From: a virus
IMG/VR virus record: IMGVR_UViG_3300017783_000006
Location: 14,805 to 78,804 of that record
Direction: 5' to 3' (one strand)
DNA length: 64,000 bases
The notes below the pieces were generated by a model. That model saw only the letters and a program-made list of their open reading frames with translations. It had not been told where the DNA came from and did no database searches. The position numbers were made by a program, and so were the translations under genes. Shown piece after piece: positions 55,471 through 63,244 of this stretch (positions are counted from its first letter, which is position 1; every line of letters begins with the position of its first letter).

Positions 55471-56106
55471 TTAGACCCACTCTAGTGCTTCTGCACAGAC
55501 AGGAAACTGTTCTGCAAAAATCTTTTGGCAAGACAATGCAATATCCATATGCTCTTTCTGAGTACCATTTGCAGACCTCAGAGTTATATAATGGATCCAT
55601 GATCGAACTGAGCCAGTCATGTAGAGTTTTGTAGGTACGGCGAGTGGAAGCACAAATCGAGCACACTCCTTTGCAATCCCTTCACTAAGCATTTTCTGAT
55701 ACAATTCCATTCCTTTTTGAAAGTGGTCTTGCATCAATATTTGATACTTCTGAATCGTAAATGGGTCAATATCATCAATACTATTTTGACGATTCTTGGT
55801 GTCTTGCCTGCGTAATTCAGGTAGAGGGATCTTCTCTGAGAGTAAGGAAGAATCAGCATAACGTTGTGAAAATTCTTGGTATGTAAAGGACCTATGCCTC
55901 AAAATTTGAGCTGCCAAACCCCTTGTGGTCTCGATTTCTAAAGTCATAAATGCTTGCTCAAATACAGACCAATGTTGGTGACTGATGCAATACTTTAGTA
56001 GTCCTGCTACCTTTGGATTCTCTTGATTATTGGGATTGCTCACACGGGCAACATATCCCATATGCTTTTCTGCATCAGGGGTAGCACTAATAAGTTTTAC
56101 ATTCAT
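55471..56106 (-). CDS. thyX: Flavin-dependent thymidylate synthase
   Basis: HWSVFE, QILRHRSF.YQEFSQRY, AKECARFVLP, RSWIHY..LR. Confidence 0.96.
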   Translation of the reverse strand: MNVKLISATPDAEKHMGYVARVSNPNNQENPKVAGLLKYCISHQHWSVFEQAFMTLEIETTRGLAAQILRHRSFTYQEFSQRYADSSLLSEKIPLPELRRQDTKNRQNSIDDIDPFTIQKYQILMQDHFQKGMELYQKMLSEGIAKECARFVLPLAVPTKLYMTGSVRSWIHYITLRSANGTQKEHMDIALSCQKIFAEQFPVCAEALEWV

Positions 56107-56267
56107 TTTCCAAATCCTTTTTTCTGTGTTTTCTCTAAGTCTGCAATTTCTTGCTTTAAAATTCTTAATTGAGATTTAACCTCTCTAATTTTTTCTTCGT
56201 CATAAAGATGCTCTTGTTTAACAAGACGTTCTAACATCTTTACTAATTCTTTTCCTCTACTTGTCAT
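56103..56267 (-). CDS. Small coiled-coil hypothetical protein (54 aa, ends KGFGK)
   Basis: Translated by hand; ATGA-coupled to thyX. Confidence 0.7.
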   Translation of the reverse strand: MTSRGKELVKMLERLVKQEHLYDEEKIREVKSQLRILKQEIADLEKTQKKGFGK

Positions 56268-56805
56268 TACCTTCAATATACAATTTATATGCTAATGTTA
56301 CTCTCAATCCATTAAAATCTTTAGAAGATGGTTGAGAGTGGTGAAAAATGGTACTATCAAAATATACACCACTATTTGGTCTGGGAAAAAATATTTTTTC
56401 ACTACCGTCATCACAGTCAAATAACGTTCCACCTCCCCATTCTTTTTTCCATTCAGGTTTGCAATAGATTAATAAAGTTCTTGAAGTATATTCAAATGAA
56501 TCTACATGAAGATACCCTTGCTGTCCAAACGTAGCACCATTTAAATAAATTCTAGCACACTTTATTATAGTTTCACCAGTAACATCATATATATTTTTTT
56601 TTATTTTTTCTAATAAATAATTTGCGAAAAAATCTTCTTCTGATAGTGAGCAATTCCAGAAAAAAGGTTTCCCTTTTTGAGTTTGTCCAGTAAGTCTCCA
56701 AGATAAATGATATTCATGTTCAGTACTAATTTTATTAACTGTATTAAGAATTTCAAAATAGTCTTCTTCTGGGAAGAAATCTTGTAAGTGTGTAATATTT
56801 CCCAT
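56257..56805 (-). CDS. 2OG-Fe(II) oxygenase
   Basis: RIYLNG, H.D, W..EWGGGT.F, FDS.I.H, R.TLAYK. Confidence 0.85.
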   Translation of the reverse strand: MGNITHLQDFFPEEDYFEILNTVNKISTEHEYHLSWRLTGQTQKGKPFFWNCSLSEEDFFANYLLEKIKKNIYDVTGETIIKCARIYLNGATFGQQGYLHVDSFEYTSRTLLIYCKPEWKKEWGGGTLFDCDDGSEKIFFPRPNSGVYFDSTIFHHSQPSSKDFNGLRVTLAYKLYIEGNDK

Positions 56806-56810
56806 AAAAA

Positions 56811-57011
56811 TTAGTCTGGATAAGGATAAACATCATTAGCATTAAAAACTTCATCATAATCATCATCAGGATGTCCGTATCTATTAAAATACTCCTTTTT
56901 ATCCTCATCCGACATGTCATACACACCGTCATCAGAATCCACTTCTGCTTTTAATGAATCAACTAGCAACTCAATATTTCTGATAATTAGGTTGAGTTTT
57001 TCTTTATCCAT
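56811..57011 (-). CDS. Conserved cyanophage hypothetical protein
   Basis: MDKEKL.LI..N.ELLVD.LK.EV...DYDEVF. Confidence 0.75.
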   Translation of the reverse strand: MDKEKLNLIIRNIELLVDSLKAEVDSDDGVYDMSDEDKKEYFNRYGHPDDDYDEVFNANDVYPYPD

Positions 57012-57032
57012 TGATAACCATCATCTCGTCTA

Positions 57033-57067
57033 ATTTTACACAAAAAAAGAGGGGTAGTCAACCCCTC
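57033..57067 (-). terminator. Intrinsic terminator overlapping a TTGACT-N17-TAAAAT promoter
   Basis: GAGGGGT/ACCCCTC stem plus T7. Confidence 0.75.
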
Positions 57068-57093
57068 CCTTATTTAACTTTTAAACAAGTAAA

Positions 57094-57261
57094 TCACTTG
57101 TCGTAAGTCTGTCCACGATAGCAGAATGTGCCATGGGTTTCCTTACTTTCTACACAACGTGTATTATACTCAACACCACGATATGAAGTGTGAGAAATCT
57201 GTGCGTCGTGAACAGCAGATGCTTTTTGAATCTGCTTCTTGATCATGTTTAGTGTGTTCAT
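57094..57261 (-). CDS. DUF4278-like small protein (55 aa, two YRG..Y motifs; GifB/IF17-related)
   Basis: MNTLNMIKKQIQKASAVHDAQISHTSYRGVEYNTRCVESKETHGTFCYRGQTYDK; SD AGGAG at 57269-57273. Confidence 0.75.
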   Translation of the reverse strand: MNTLNMIKKQIQKASAVHDAQISHTSYRGVEYNTRCVESKETHGTFCYRGQTYDK

Positions 57262-57331
57262 GGTGTTACTCCTGAAGTTGGGTGAAAATTAACCTTCTCT
57301 CGTTTCCGAGGATCCGTGTTTTCCCGTTCCT

Positions 57332-57499
57332 TCAGTCGTTTGCGTCCCAATACCACTCACATTCTGGTGCTGAGTCCTTAAGGGTCTCAATCAACTCTAC
57401 CTTCACGATGGGAGATAGATTCGCATTCCTCTCAATCTTCAGCATTAATGCATCAGTTTGAGTGCATGAGAGTGTTGAATAGAATAATAGTTCTAACAT
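57332..57499 (-). CDS. Small 2-Cys protein (55 aa) embedded in aptamer B
   Basis: MLELLFYSTLSCTQTDALMLKIERNANLSPIVKVELIETLKDSAPECEWYWDAND; paralogous to 57536-57736. Confidence 0.65.
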   Translation of the reverse strand: MLELLFYSTLSCTQTDALMLKIERNANLSPIVKVELIETLKDSAPECEWYWDAND

Positions 57500-57535
57500 G
57501 GGATGAACGCTCCGTTCCTACGACTTACTTGCGTC

Positions 57536-57736
57536 CTATATTAATACATCTGTACATTGACCTTCCACTTTCGATTTAAGATAACCTATAAGATTATACT
57601 TAGAACGTTGGTCTAAGTTGGGATCCATTTGAATCTCAACTCTTCTTTGTAGAAACCTTTCACATGACATATGCCACCCATAAGGAGACTGGTCATTGTG
57701 ATGGGCAAGAGTCAGTGCCAACAGTATGCTAAACAT
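57536..57736 (-). CDS. Small 2-Cys protein (66 aa) with hydrophobic N-terminus, embedded in aptamer A
   Basis: ORF track; start and stop lie in the two P2 strands. Confidence 0.7.
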   Translation of the reverse strand: MFSILLALTLAHHNDQSPYGWHMSCERFLQRRVEIQMDPNLDQRSKYNLIGYLKSKVEGQCTDVLI

Positions 57737-57767
57737 AAGATGAACGACTGGTATAGTCTACCATAAT

Positions 57768-57774
57768 TATTTAG
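57768..57774 (-). promoter_or_regulatory. Late-type promoter (CTAAATA) followed by a 5' hairpin
   Basis: TAAATA 57768-57773; TGGTA/TACCA hairpin 57749-57763. Confidence 0.55.
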
Positions 57775-57861
57775 TTCTGCCAAACTGTATTGTACAACAC
57801 AGTTTTAAAAAACCCTAATGGGCAAAAAATTTGGGGGAAAATTTATCCCCCCTTTTTTACT

Positions 57862-58128
57862 TTATTTTTTCTTTTTAGTTTCCTTTGGTTGTATACCCCA
57901 GAGTTTAGGATTTGCTCTTCCCTCTGCTTGGGTCATATTTTTGAAGTCTTTCTTATACTTATCATAGTAATCATCAAAAATATCAACCGTTTTTCCTGCC
58001 ATCACAATATCAAACTTGGTTATTCCATCTTGTAGATACTCTACCAAATAAGCATTATTGGGTAGAGTTTTATCTTGTGCCAATGTTGGATCACAATCAC
58101 CCTGAATAACTTTAATTCCTTTTCCCAT
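57862..58128 (-). CDS. Conserved cyanophage hypothetical protein
   Basis: DCDP..A....LP...YLV.Y...IFD.YYD.Y...EGR.NPKLW. Confidence 0.75.
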   Translation of the reverse strand: MGKGIKVIQGDCDPTLAQDKTLPNNAYLVEYLQDGITKFDIVMAGKTVDIFDDYYDKYKKDFKNMTQAEGRANPKLWGIQPKETKKKK

Positions 58129-58146
58129 TAATACCTCAATTTGAAT

Positions 58147-58710
58147 TTAACTGCGACCACCCCAACGAATATCTGAATATGCTTCACTAACAAGTTCTCT
58201 AGTTAGTTTATACTTTTCTTGGAGTTTTTTGTCCTTACAAAGACAAATAATTTCTGCTTCAAGTGGGTGGAGTCCCTGAAGCAGATCAATAAAGATAGAC
58301 TCCCTTCTTAAAGACGAAAGTGCATCATTGCCACCCTTAATAAAATTATAAAACTTGGTGTACTCTGTTCTGATGGTTGTGTGCTTTGCATCAGTGGCAC
58401 CAATAGATCCCGATTCTCCCATCTTTTCAACAGCAGTATCAATCCTAGTTGAAATAGAATCGTTTTCATCCCCAAAGTAAGGAACTTCACCTGGAGGAAG
58501 CACTGAGATTACACTCTCATCAAAATTCCAAATGAATAATGCCTTCAGGGAGGGGTGGCTATACTCTTTCAAAAGTTCTACCTTCTTTGCTTTTGACCTT
58601 GCTTTAGAAACAAGGTTCAAAACTTCAAAAGATAATGGATTGGGGGGTAGTTTAGTAGGAGCTTTAGTTGTTGTCCTCTTCTTCCTCGTCGTTGTCATAA
58701 TTGTTTTCAA
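58147..58710 (-). CDS. Conserved T4-like hypothetical protein
   Basis: WNFD.S..S.LP.GEVPY, RRE..FI..LQGLHP.EA. Confidence 0.8.
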   Translation of the reverse strand: MKTIMTTTRKKRTTTKAPTKLPPNPLSFEVLNLVSKARSKAKKVELLKEYSHPSLKALFIWNFDESVISVLPPGEVPYFGDENDSISTRIDTAVEKMGESGSIGATDAKHTTIRTEYTKFYNFIKGGNDALSSLRRESIFIDLLQGLHPLEAEIICLCKDKKLQEKYKLTRELVSEAYSDIRWGGRS

Positions 58711-58888
58711 ATCGTACTGCTAAAATTTCATCTGGTAGAACATTTCCGTTCTCATCAAACATTTCTGGATGCATATAAACCGGTTGAGTTTGGTATACAT
58801 GATCTTTTGCTAACCATCCTACCACACCACCAACTAATAAAAATAAAAATGGTAAAATACAAAAAATTGCTATTTCTGCTGCTAACAT
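58664..58888 (-). CDS. Small membrane protein
   Basis: TM segment plus HPEMFDENG...DEI.A.RFE. Confidence 0.75.
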   Translation of the reverse strand: MLAAEIAIFCILPFLFLLVGGVVGWLAKDHVYQTQPVYMHPEMFDENGNVLPDEILAVRFENNYDNDEEEEDNN

Positions 58889-58907
58889 GGTTCTTACCTC
58901 CGAGAGT

Positions 58908-59093
58908 CTAATCCTTTTTCACTATAGAAAAAGAAAATTGAATTCTGACTTCTCTCTTTAGAAGAGAAATCACTTTTGAAATCTCAAATCCGTTATGACT
59001 TGGTTCCGAAACTTGCTTCTCCCTCCTATTCTTAAGTAACAACTCCACACCTCGGTTAACCTTCGGTGCTTCTGGTTTATTTATCGGAGACAT
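58908..59093 (-). CDS. Hypothetical protein
   Basis: 61-aa ORF in operon. Confidence 0.55.
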   Translation of the reverse strand: MSPINKPEAPKVNRGVELLLKNRREKQVSEPSHNGFEISKVISLLKREVRIQFSFSIVKKD

Positions 59094-59336
59094 TTAAATG
59101 ATATGATTTTCATGTAAATACTGCACTGCTTCAGTGCAACCTCCAATGTTTTCATCATTGTAAAGAACTTGAGGGAATGTCGTTCCGACTCCAAACTCAC
59201 CGTAAAACTCATCCCTAGTGAAAGTCACATCCAACTCATTTAGTGTATATGGAATTTCTCTTTGGTCAAGAATAGCTTTAATTTTATCACAATAAGGACA
59301 ACCGTCACGACTGTAGATTATAATATTGTTGCTCAT
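59094..59336 (-). CDS. nrdC: Glutaredoxin
   Basis: CPYC, TFPQV, IGGC. Confidence 0.92.
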   Translation of the reverse strand: MSNNIIIYSRDGCPYCDKIKAILDQREIPYTLNELDVTFTRDEFYGEFGVGTTFPQVLYNDENIGGCTEAVQYLHENHII

Positions 59337-59713
59337 GCTACTTTATTCCTCCTTGGTTTATACTTAACTAAATTTAGATCTGTTGTTAATAGTTGTCTCT
59401 GCCATTCTATTATGGCATCGTATCTTTCTTTTGTAAAGAACTTTTGTCTTTTAAACCAATGCTCCCAGTTTTCATGTCCTTTACTGTGATTGCAACTAGT
59501 ACAAGCACATATTACATTAGTAATATGGTCATTTCCACCTTTACATTGTGGAACTATATGGTCAATAGATAATGGTTTAGATTTTGTCCCACAATAGGCA
59601 CATTTGTTATTCCATTTATCTTTTATAGAATTCCTCCACAGTCTTTTTGCTTCATTCGGTGAACATGTATGCAAATTATACAAGAAGTCTTGTGGTGAAT
59701 TTAAAATTTCCAT
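59333..59713 (-). CDS. Free-standing HNH endonuclease
   Basis: CAYCG...IDHIVP..KGG.....N...AC.SCN.SK. Confidence 0.9.
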   Translation of the reverse strand: MEILNSPQDFLYNLHTCSPNEAKRLWRNSIKDKWNNKCAYCGTKSKPLSIDHIVPQCKGGNDHITNVICACTSCNHSKGHENWEHWFKRQKFFTKERYDAIIEWQRQLLTTDLNLVKYKPRRNKVA

Positions 59714-59757
59714 AGAAATCTAGTCCTAGTTTAAGTACTTGTCAACTCACTGAATAC

Positions 59758-59798
59758 AAAAAAACCCCCAAGCATCCAAAGAGTGCTAGGGGGTTTTT
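59758..59798. terminator. Intrinsic terminator-like hairpin
   Basis: AAAAACCCCC-A-AGCA / TGCT-A-GGGGGTTTTT. Confidence 0.7.
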
Positions 59799-59850
59799 AT
59801 TATTATTTGTATCCCGTTCAATCAACATAAAGAATGATTTAACTTGCAAT

Positions 59851-59858
59851 TATTTATA
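59851..59858 (-). promoter_or_regulatory. T4 late promoter TATAAATA
   Basis: Perfect consensus. Confidence 0.65.
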
Positions 59859-59859
59859 A

Positions 59860-60561
59860 TTAATAATACTTAATCTGATAAGTTCCGTCAACTTCTACGA
59901 TAGCACTACAAGTTTCAACCCAATCACCACAACACATATAAACTAAGTTTTTAAATGCCTTAATATGTGCGTGATGAATATGACCACATATCACACCGTC
60001 ATATTTTTTTAAAGACTTAGTATACCCAACAATATCAGTTTCATACTTATCAATAAATTGTTTTCCTTTTTCAGTTTTTTTAATACTACTTAAAATAGAA
60101 AAGTTAAACATCCTCTTTGCCCATATGCTCAATGGAGTCATCATGTTATAAGCAGAATTAAATATATTTTGCTCCCATCCATCTTTTAAGAATTGAGATT
60201 TGCCATCACCATGAGTACATAAAATTCTTTGACCTTTTTCATCTATAAAAGAATACTCATTACAAAGATGTAAATTACCATGCGTAAAGTTAATATATCT
60301 CCTCAACTCTTTTTCATGATTACCCAAAACGTATGTTATTTTTGTCCCATTCTTCAATAAATTAATCATCTCATGAATACAATTAATTGAATCTTCATTC
60401 CACGTTGAGGGTCTTTTCTTCATGTAAGAGATGTCAATAATATCACCAACTAATACTAATTCTTTAGTATCAATTTTCTTTAAAAAATTTAAAAAATTCT
60501 TTGATCTGCATACTGAAGTACCTAAGTGAACATCAGAAACGAATACCTTACTGTATTTCAT
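59860..60561 (-). CDS. Calcineurin-like metallophosphoesterase, LpxH/UDP-2,3-diacylglucosamine hydrolase-like
   Basis: SDVHLG, LVGDIID, GNHE, HGD, CGHIH, GDWVE.C.A. Confidence 0.85.
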   Translation of the reverse strand: MKYSKVFVSDVHLGTSVCRSKNFLNFLKKIDTKELVLVGDIIDISYMKKRPSTWNEDSINCIHEMINLLKNGTKITYVLGNHEKELRRYINFTHGNLHLCNEYSFIDEKGQRILCTHGDGKSQFLKDGWEQNIFNSAYNMMTPLSIWAKRMFNFSILSSIKKTEKGKQFIDKYETDIVGYTKSLKKYDGVICGHIHHAHIKAFKNLVYMCCGDWVETCSAIVEVDGTYQIKYY

Positions 60562-61115
60562 TTATCTAATGCATCAAGATATGATAGTACATAATGCCTT
60601 CCTGCTCGTAAAAATAATTCACCAAATACACTATTTAAATTCTCATTAACCCAGTCAAATTTTGCATTAATTTTATCACGACCAAGAACAAAAAACTGTG
60701 CCAACGATTGTGCATAGAATTCCATCATTGCATCATCATCACCTTGCTTGAATCCTCTGATGTAAATATCACGAACTTTATTTAAAGCATCAATTATAGA
60801 AGAGTCACACTCAATCACTCTTCCATCTGGCAATTCCAACTTCTTTGTTTTGATGAAGGTCATAGAGGTCTTCATGCATAGTCTTGTCTGCTCTAGGTCC
60901 AGTGCCCATGGTTCCTCGTCCCTGAAGGCATACTGAACGCATCCATTGGTGCATTCTATTGCACGAATCAATGCCACACTGTCAAGACCTTCCTCGGTCT
61001 GCTCAGACCAGAAATCAACATACTCATTAACCCATTTTTGAAACTTAGGGTCACTAGCATAATCCCTCATGTATGGAACATTACTTAGCTTATTAAAATC
61101 AACTTTTAAACTCAT
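60558..61115 (-). CDS. Hypothetical protein
   Basis: 185-aa ORF, ATGA-coupled on both sides. Confidence 0.7.
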   Translation of the reverse strand: MSLKVDFNKLSNVPYMRDYASDPKFQKWVNEYVDFWSEQTEEGLDSVALIRAIECTNGCVQYAFRDEEPWALDLEQTRLCMKTSMTFIKTKKLELPDGRVIECDSSIIDALNKVRDIYIRGFKQGDDDAMMEFYAQSLAQFFVLGRDKINAKFDWVNENLNSVFGELFLRAGRHYVLSYLDALDK

Positions 61116-61690
61116 CTTTGCAACTCCTTTTTATATGTTGTATTTAAACTGATTACACACCTGTCATCTTTCTCTTCAATAGTTTCATGTTCCAACCAAC
61201 TAGGAAATAAAAATAAAACACCAGGTCTTGGTTGAAATTGCATTCCTCCAGAAGAATAATCGGATGGAATTTTTGTATACAATTCCATCATCCTATATGG
61301 TGCTAATGGATTTTTAAATTTCAATGGTACAGATTTTTTACCACACTTAACATAAAATGCTCCACTAACTACACTATGTTCATGTCGATGTAAAATTAAT
61401 CTTTTACCTATACTCATTTCATTATACCAACTATCAGTAACAATTATTGGTTCTAATGAGACAGTTTTCGTATAGTCCTCTAATGCAAATTGTACCTTTG
61501 CAAATAAATCAAAAAATTCATCTTCATATAAAATACTAACATCTCTTTCAAAACTAGATTTTGAACCACTCAAAAGATAATTAGGAGATGTTTTGAATTT
61601 TGATAATGAAGAATATATTCTATCCAAATCGACATCCAATTCATATATTCCGAAAGGAGTTGGGAATAGAGGTACGACATTACTTTTCAT
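61112..61690 (-). CDS. 2OG-Fe(II) oxygenase-like protein (TIGR02466-like)
   Basis: LFPTP, SW.N, H.H..SVVSGAFY, LFPSWLEH, R.VIS.N. Confidence 0.85.
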   Translation of the reverse strand: MKSNVVPLFPTPFGIYELDVDLDRIYSSLSKFKTSPNYLLSGSKSSFERDVSILYEDEFFDLFAKVQFALEDYTKTVSLEPIIVTDSWYNEMSIGKRLILHRHEHSVVSGAFYVKCGKKSVPLKFKNPLAPYRMMELYTKIPSDYSSGGMQFQPRPGVLFLFPSWLEHETIEEKDDRCVISLNTTYKKELQR

Positions 61691-61871
61691 TTAAGTATTC
61701 TTTTTCATTTTGATAAATTTGAATTTCACCAGTTTTTAGTTTCCATCCATATACAAGTTCTGGAATTAACCACTGGTCTACCCTATAACAATACTCCCAG
61801 TTAACTGGATGAATACAATTCATTATAACAACAGACCAAAATGCCGCCAGGTAATTAAATATTGTTAGCAT
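61680..61871 (-). CDS. Small hypothetical protein
   Basis: 63-aa ORF in operon. Confidence 0.65.
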   Translation of the reverse strand: MLTIFNYLAAFWSVVIMNCIHPVNWEYCYRVDQWLIPELVYGWKLKTGEIQIYQNEKEYLNEK

Positions 61872-61883
61872 ATATAAACCTCA

Positions 61884-62666
61884 TTATCCATCAAAATTAC
61901 TTATATCAATACCTCTCATACTTTTATAAGTATCGCAAGTCATATCTTTCATATTTTTATTATTAATATTCATATTCTGATTTATTTGCCTAAAAGATTC
62001 TTCCCCCCAGAGTCCAGATAAAAAATGCATACATTTAACATTTTTCATTTCTTGTTTGTCATGGTATATACCAATTGAAGGATTGTATATTTCACTAGGC
62101 AATTCCTGAACTTCTTCAAAAATACTGGGATGTACTTCTTTTATGTGGGTAAATAAAATTGGTCCAGTAACAGATAGAACATAACGATTAAATTCTTCAC
62201 TGGTACAATCTGTAAGTATTTTATAATAGTTGTATCTTTCTATGAGATTATCAATGCACTTCAACCAGAATTTTTTCTTTGGAGCAGATGCAAACAAAGA
62301 ATTTTGAAAATATTCACCAGTATCAAAACAAGGAGATCTAACTATAGCAATATCATTTATAATATTGTTATGAAAATTTTCATAACAATAGTAATCCATA
62401 TCTTTATAAAGTCCACCGTACTCATACATCAAACATAATCTAAACATATCCAATTTCATTATATGAAATGGAAGAGCATTATATATTACATAATATTCTT
62501 CAAATTTTTCTTCAATAAAACAATCTATTTTACCATCATCCCACATGACATGATCATATTCATCTTGTGGGTAATTTTTATACCAAGAATTTAGACAATT
62601 TTCCCATATTGGATGCCACCTTTTTTTACTTCTTGGGGCAGAGTGATGAATTATTTTAGGTATCAT
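61884..62666 (-). CDS. GT32/OCH1-like glycosyltransferase (DxD motif)
   Basis: MIPKIIH, D..R...YEYGG.Y.DMD, TGP. Confidence 0.85.
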   Translation of the reverse strand: MIPKIIHHSAPRSKKRWHPIWENCLNSWYKNYPQDEYDHVMWDDGKIDCFIEEKFEEYYVIYNALPFHIMKLDMFRLCLMYEYGGLYKDMDYYCYENFHNNIINDIAIVRSPCFDTGEYFQNSLFASAPKKKFWLKCIDNLIERYNYYKILTDCTSEEFNRYVLSVTGPILFTHIKEVHPSIFEEVQELPSEIYNPSIGIYHDKQEMKNVKCMHFLSGLWGEESFRQINQNMNINNKNMKDMTCDTYKSMRGIDISNFDG

Positions 62667-62670
62667 ACAT

Positions 62671-62698
62671 AAAAAAAGGGGAGTCATTTGACCCCCTT
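62671..62698 (-). terminator. Intrinsic terminator-like hairpin
   Basis: GGGGGTCA/TGACTCCCC stem plus T-tract. Confidence 0.6.
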
Positions 62699-62716
62699 AA
62701 TATATCAAGAATGATT

Positions 62717-62821
62717 TCATTTGTCAAGATTCTTTTTTCTTGGTTTTATTGGTCTAAAAAGATTAGGCCAAGTATCACGAATGATTTCAGACATTTTATA
62801 TGGTGTTTCTGAGCTAATCAT
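62717..62821 (-). CDS. Micro-ORF (34 aa, MISSETPYKMSEIIRDTWPNLFRP...)
   Basis: Translated by hand; overlaps upstream stop. Confidence 0.5.
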   Translation of the reverse strand: MISSETPYKMSEIIRDTWPNLFRPIKPRKKNLDK

Positions 62822-63026
62822 CTTCGTAAAGTTTCTCTAGTTTTTCTCTGGAAAGATCTACATACATCACTTCTTCTCCTGCTTCAGGTGCTTCAGGATG
62901 CTTTGGTTTGGGAGGAGTTCTCATCTCTATGTTAATAGATTGAATGTTACTCCACATCATAGCAAATGCAGCACCACCAATGGCAGCAAAGCATACAAAA
63001 TATAAGAAGACTTCAAAGTTATTCAT
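62814..63026 (-). CDS. DUF2973-like small membrane protein
   Basis: TM segment plus HPEAP..GEE..YV. Confidence 0.65.
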   Translation of the reverse strand: MNNFEVFLYFVCFAAIGGAAFAMMWSNIQSINIEMRTPPKPKHPEAPEAGEEVMYVDLSREKLEKLYEDD

Positions 63027-63238
63027 TATGAATCACCGAAGTGTTTAGCAATAACGGAGATACGTTCTTCTTCATGAGCAATAATATCTACCTGACTCTG
63101 GATAGCAGCAAGCACATCAGGGTGCTCACCAATACCAACGGGATAGTTTAGATAAATTTCTACGTTTGCTTTTGCCTTAGCAATGTTACCCTGTGCATCA
63201 GCAATCAGGGCATTAGTAATAGTGGATCGTGAGAACAT
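63026..63238 (-). CDS. Conserved hypothetical protein
   Basis: G.I.KA.ANVE.YL..PVGIGEHPD. Confidence 0.75.
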   Translation of the reverse strand: MFSRSTITNALIADAQGNIAKAKANVEIYLNYPVGIGEHPDVLAAIQSQVDIIAHEEERISVIAKHFGDS

Positions 63239-63244
63239 AGTAAT

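Larger units (their letters stand above)
57323..57746 (-). ncRNA. Tandem or nested glutamine-riboswitch-like (glnA/Downstream-peptide) aptamer pair with ORFs inside P2
   Basis: Two CGTTC-A-P2...P2'-CGCA...GGAACG-G cores; AGTCGT/ACGACT complementarity flanked by AGTA/GAA; upstream of a DUF4278-like ORF. Confidence 0.7.

Noticed and set aside
55457-55666. 69-aa Cys-containing ORF
   Set aside because: It is an alternate-frame overlap within thyX.
59333-59713. Intron-encoded homing endonuclease
   Set aside because: The flanking genes are intact and no group I intron core was seen; treated as free-standing.
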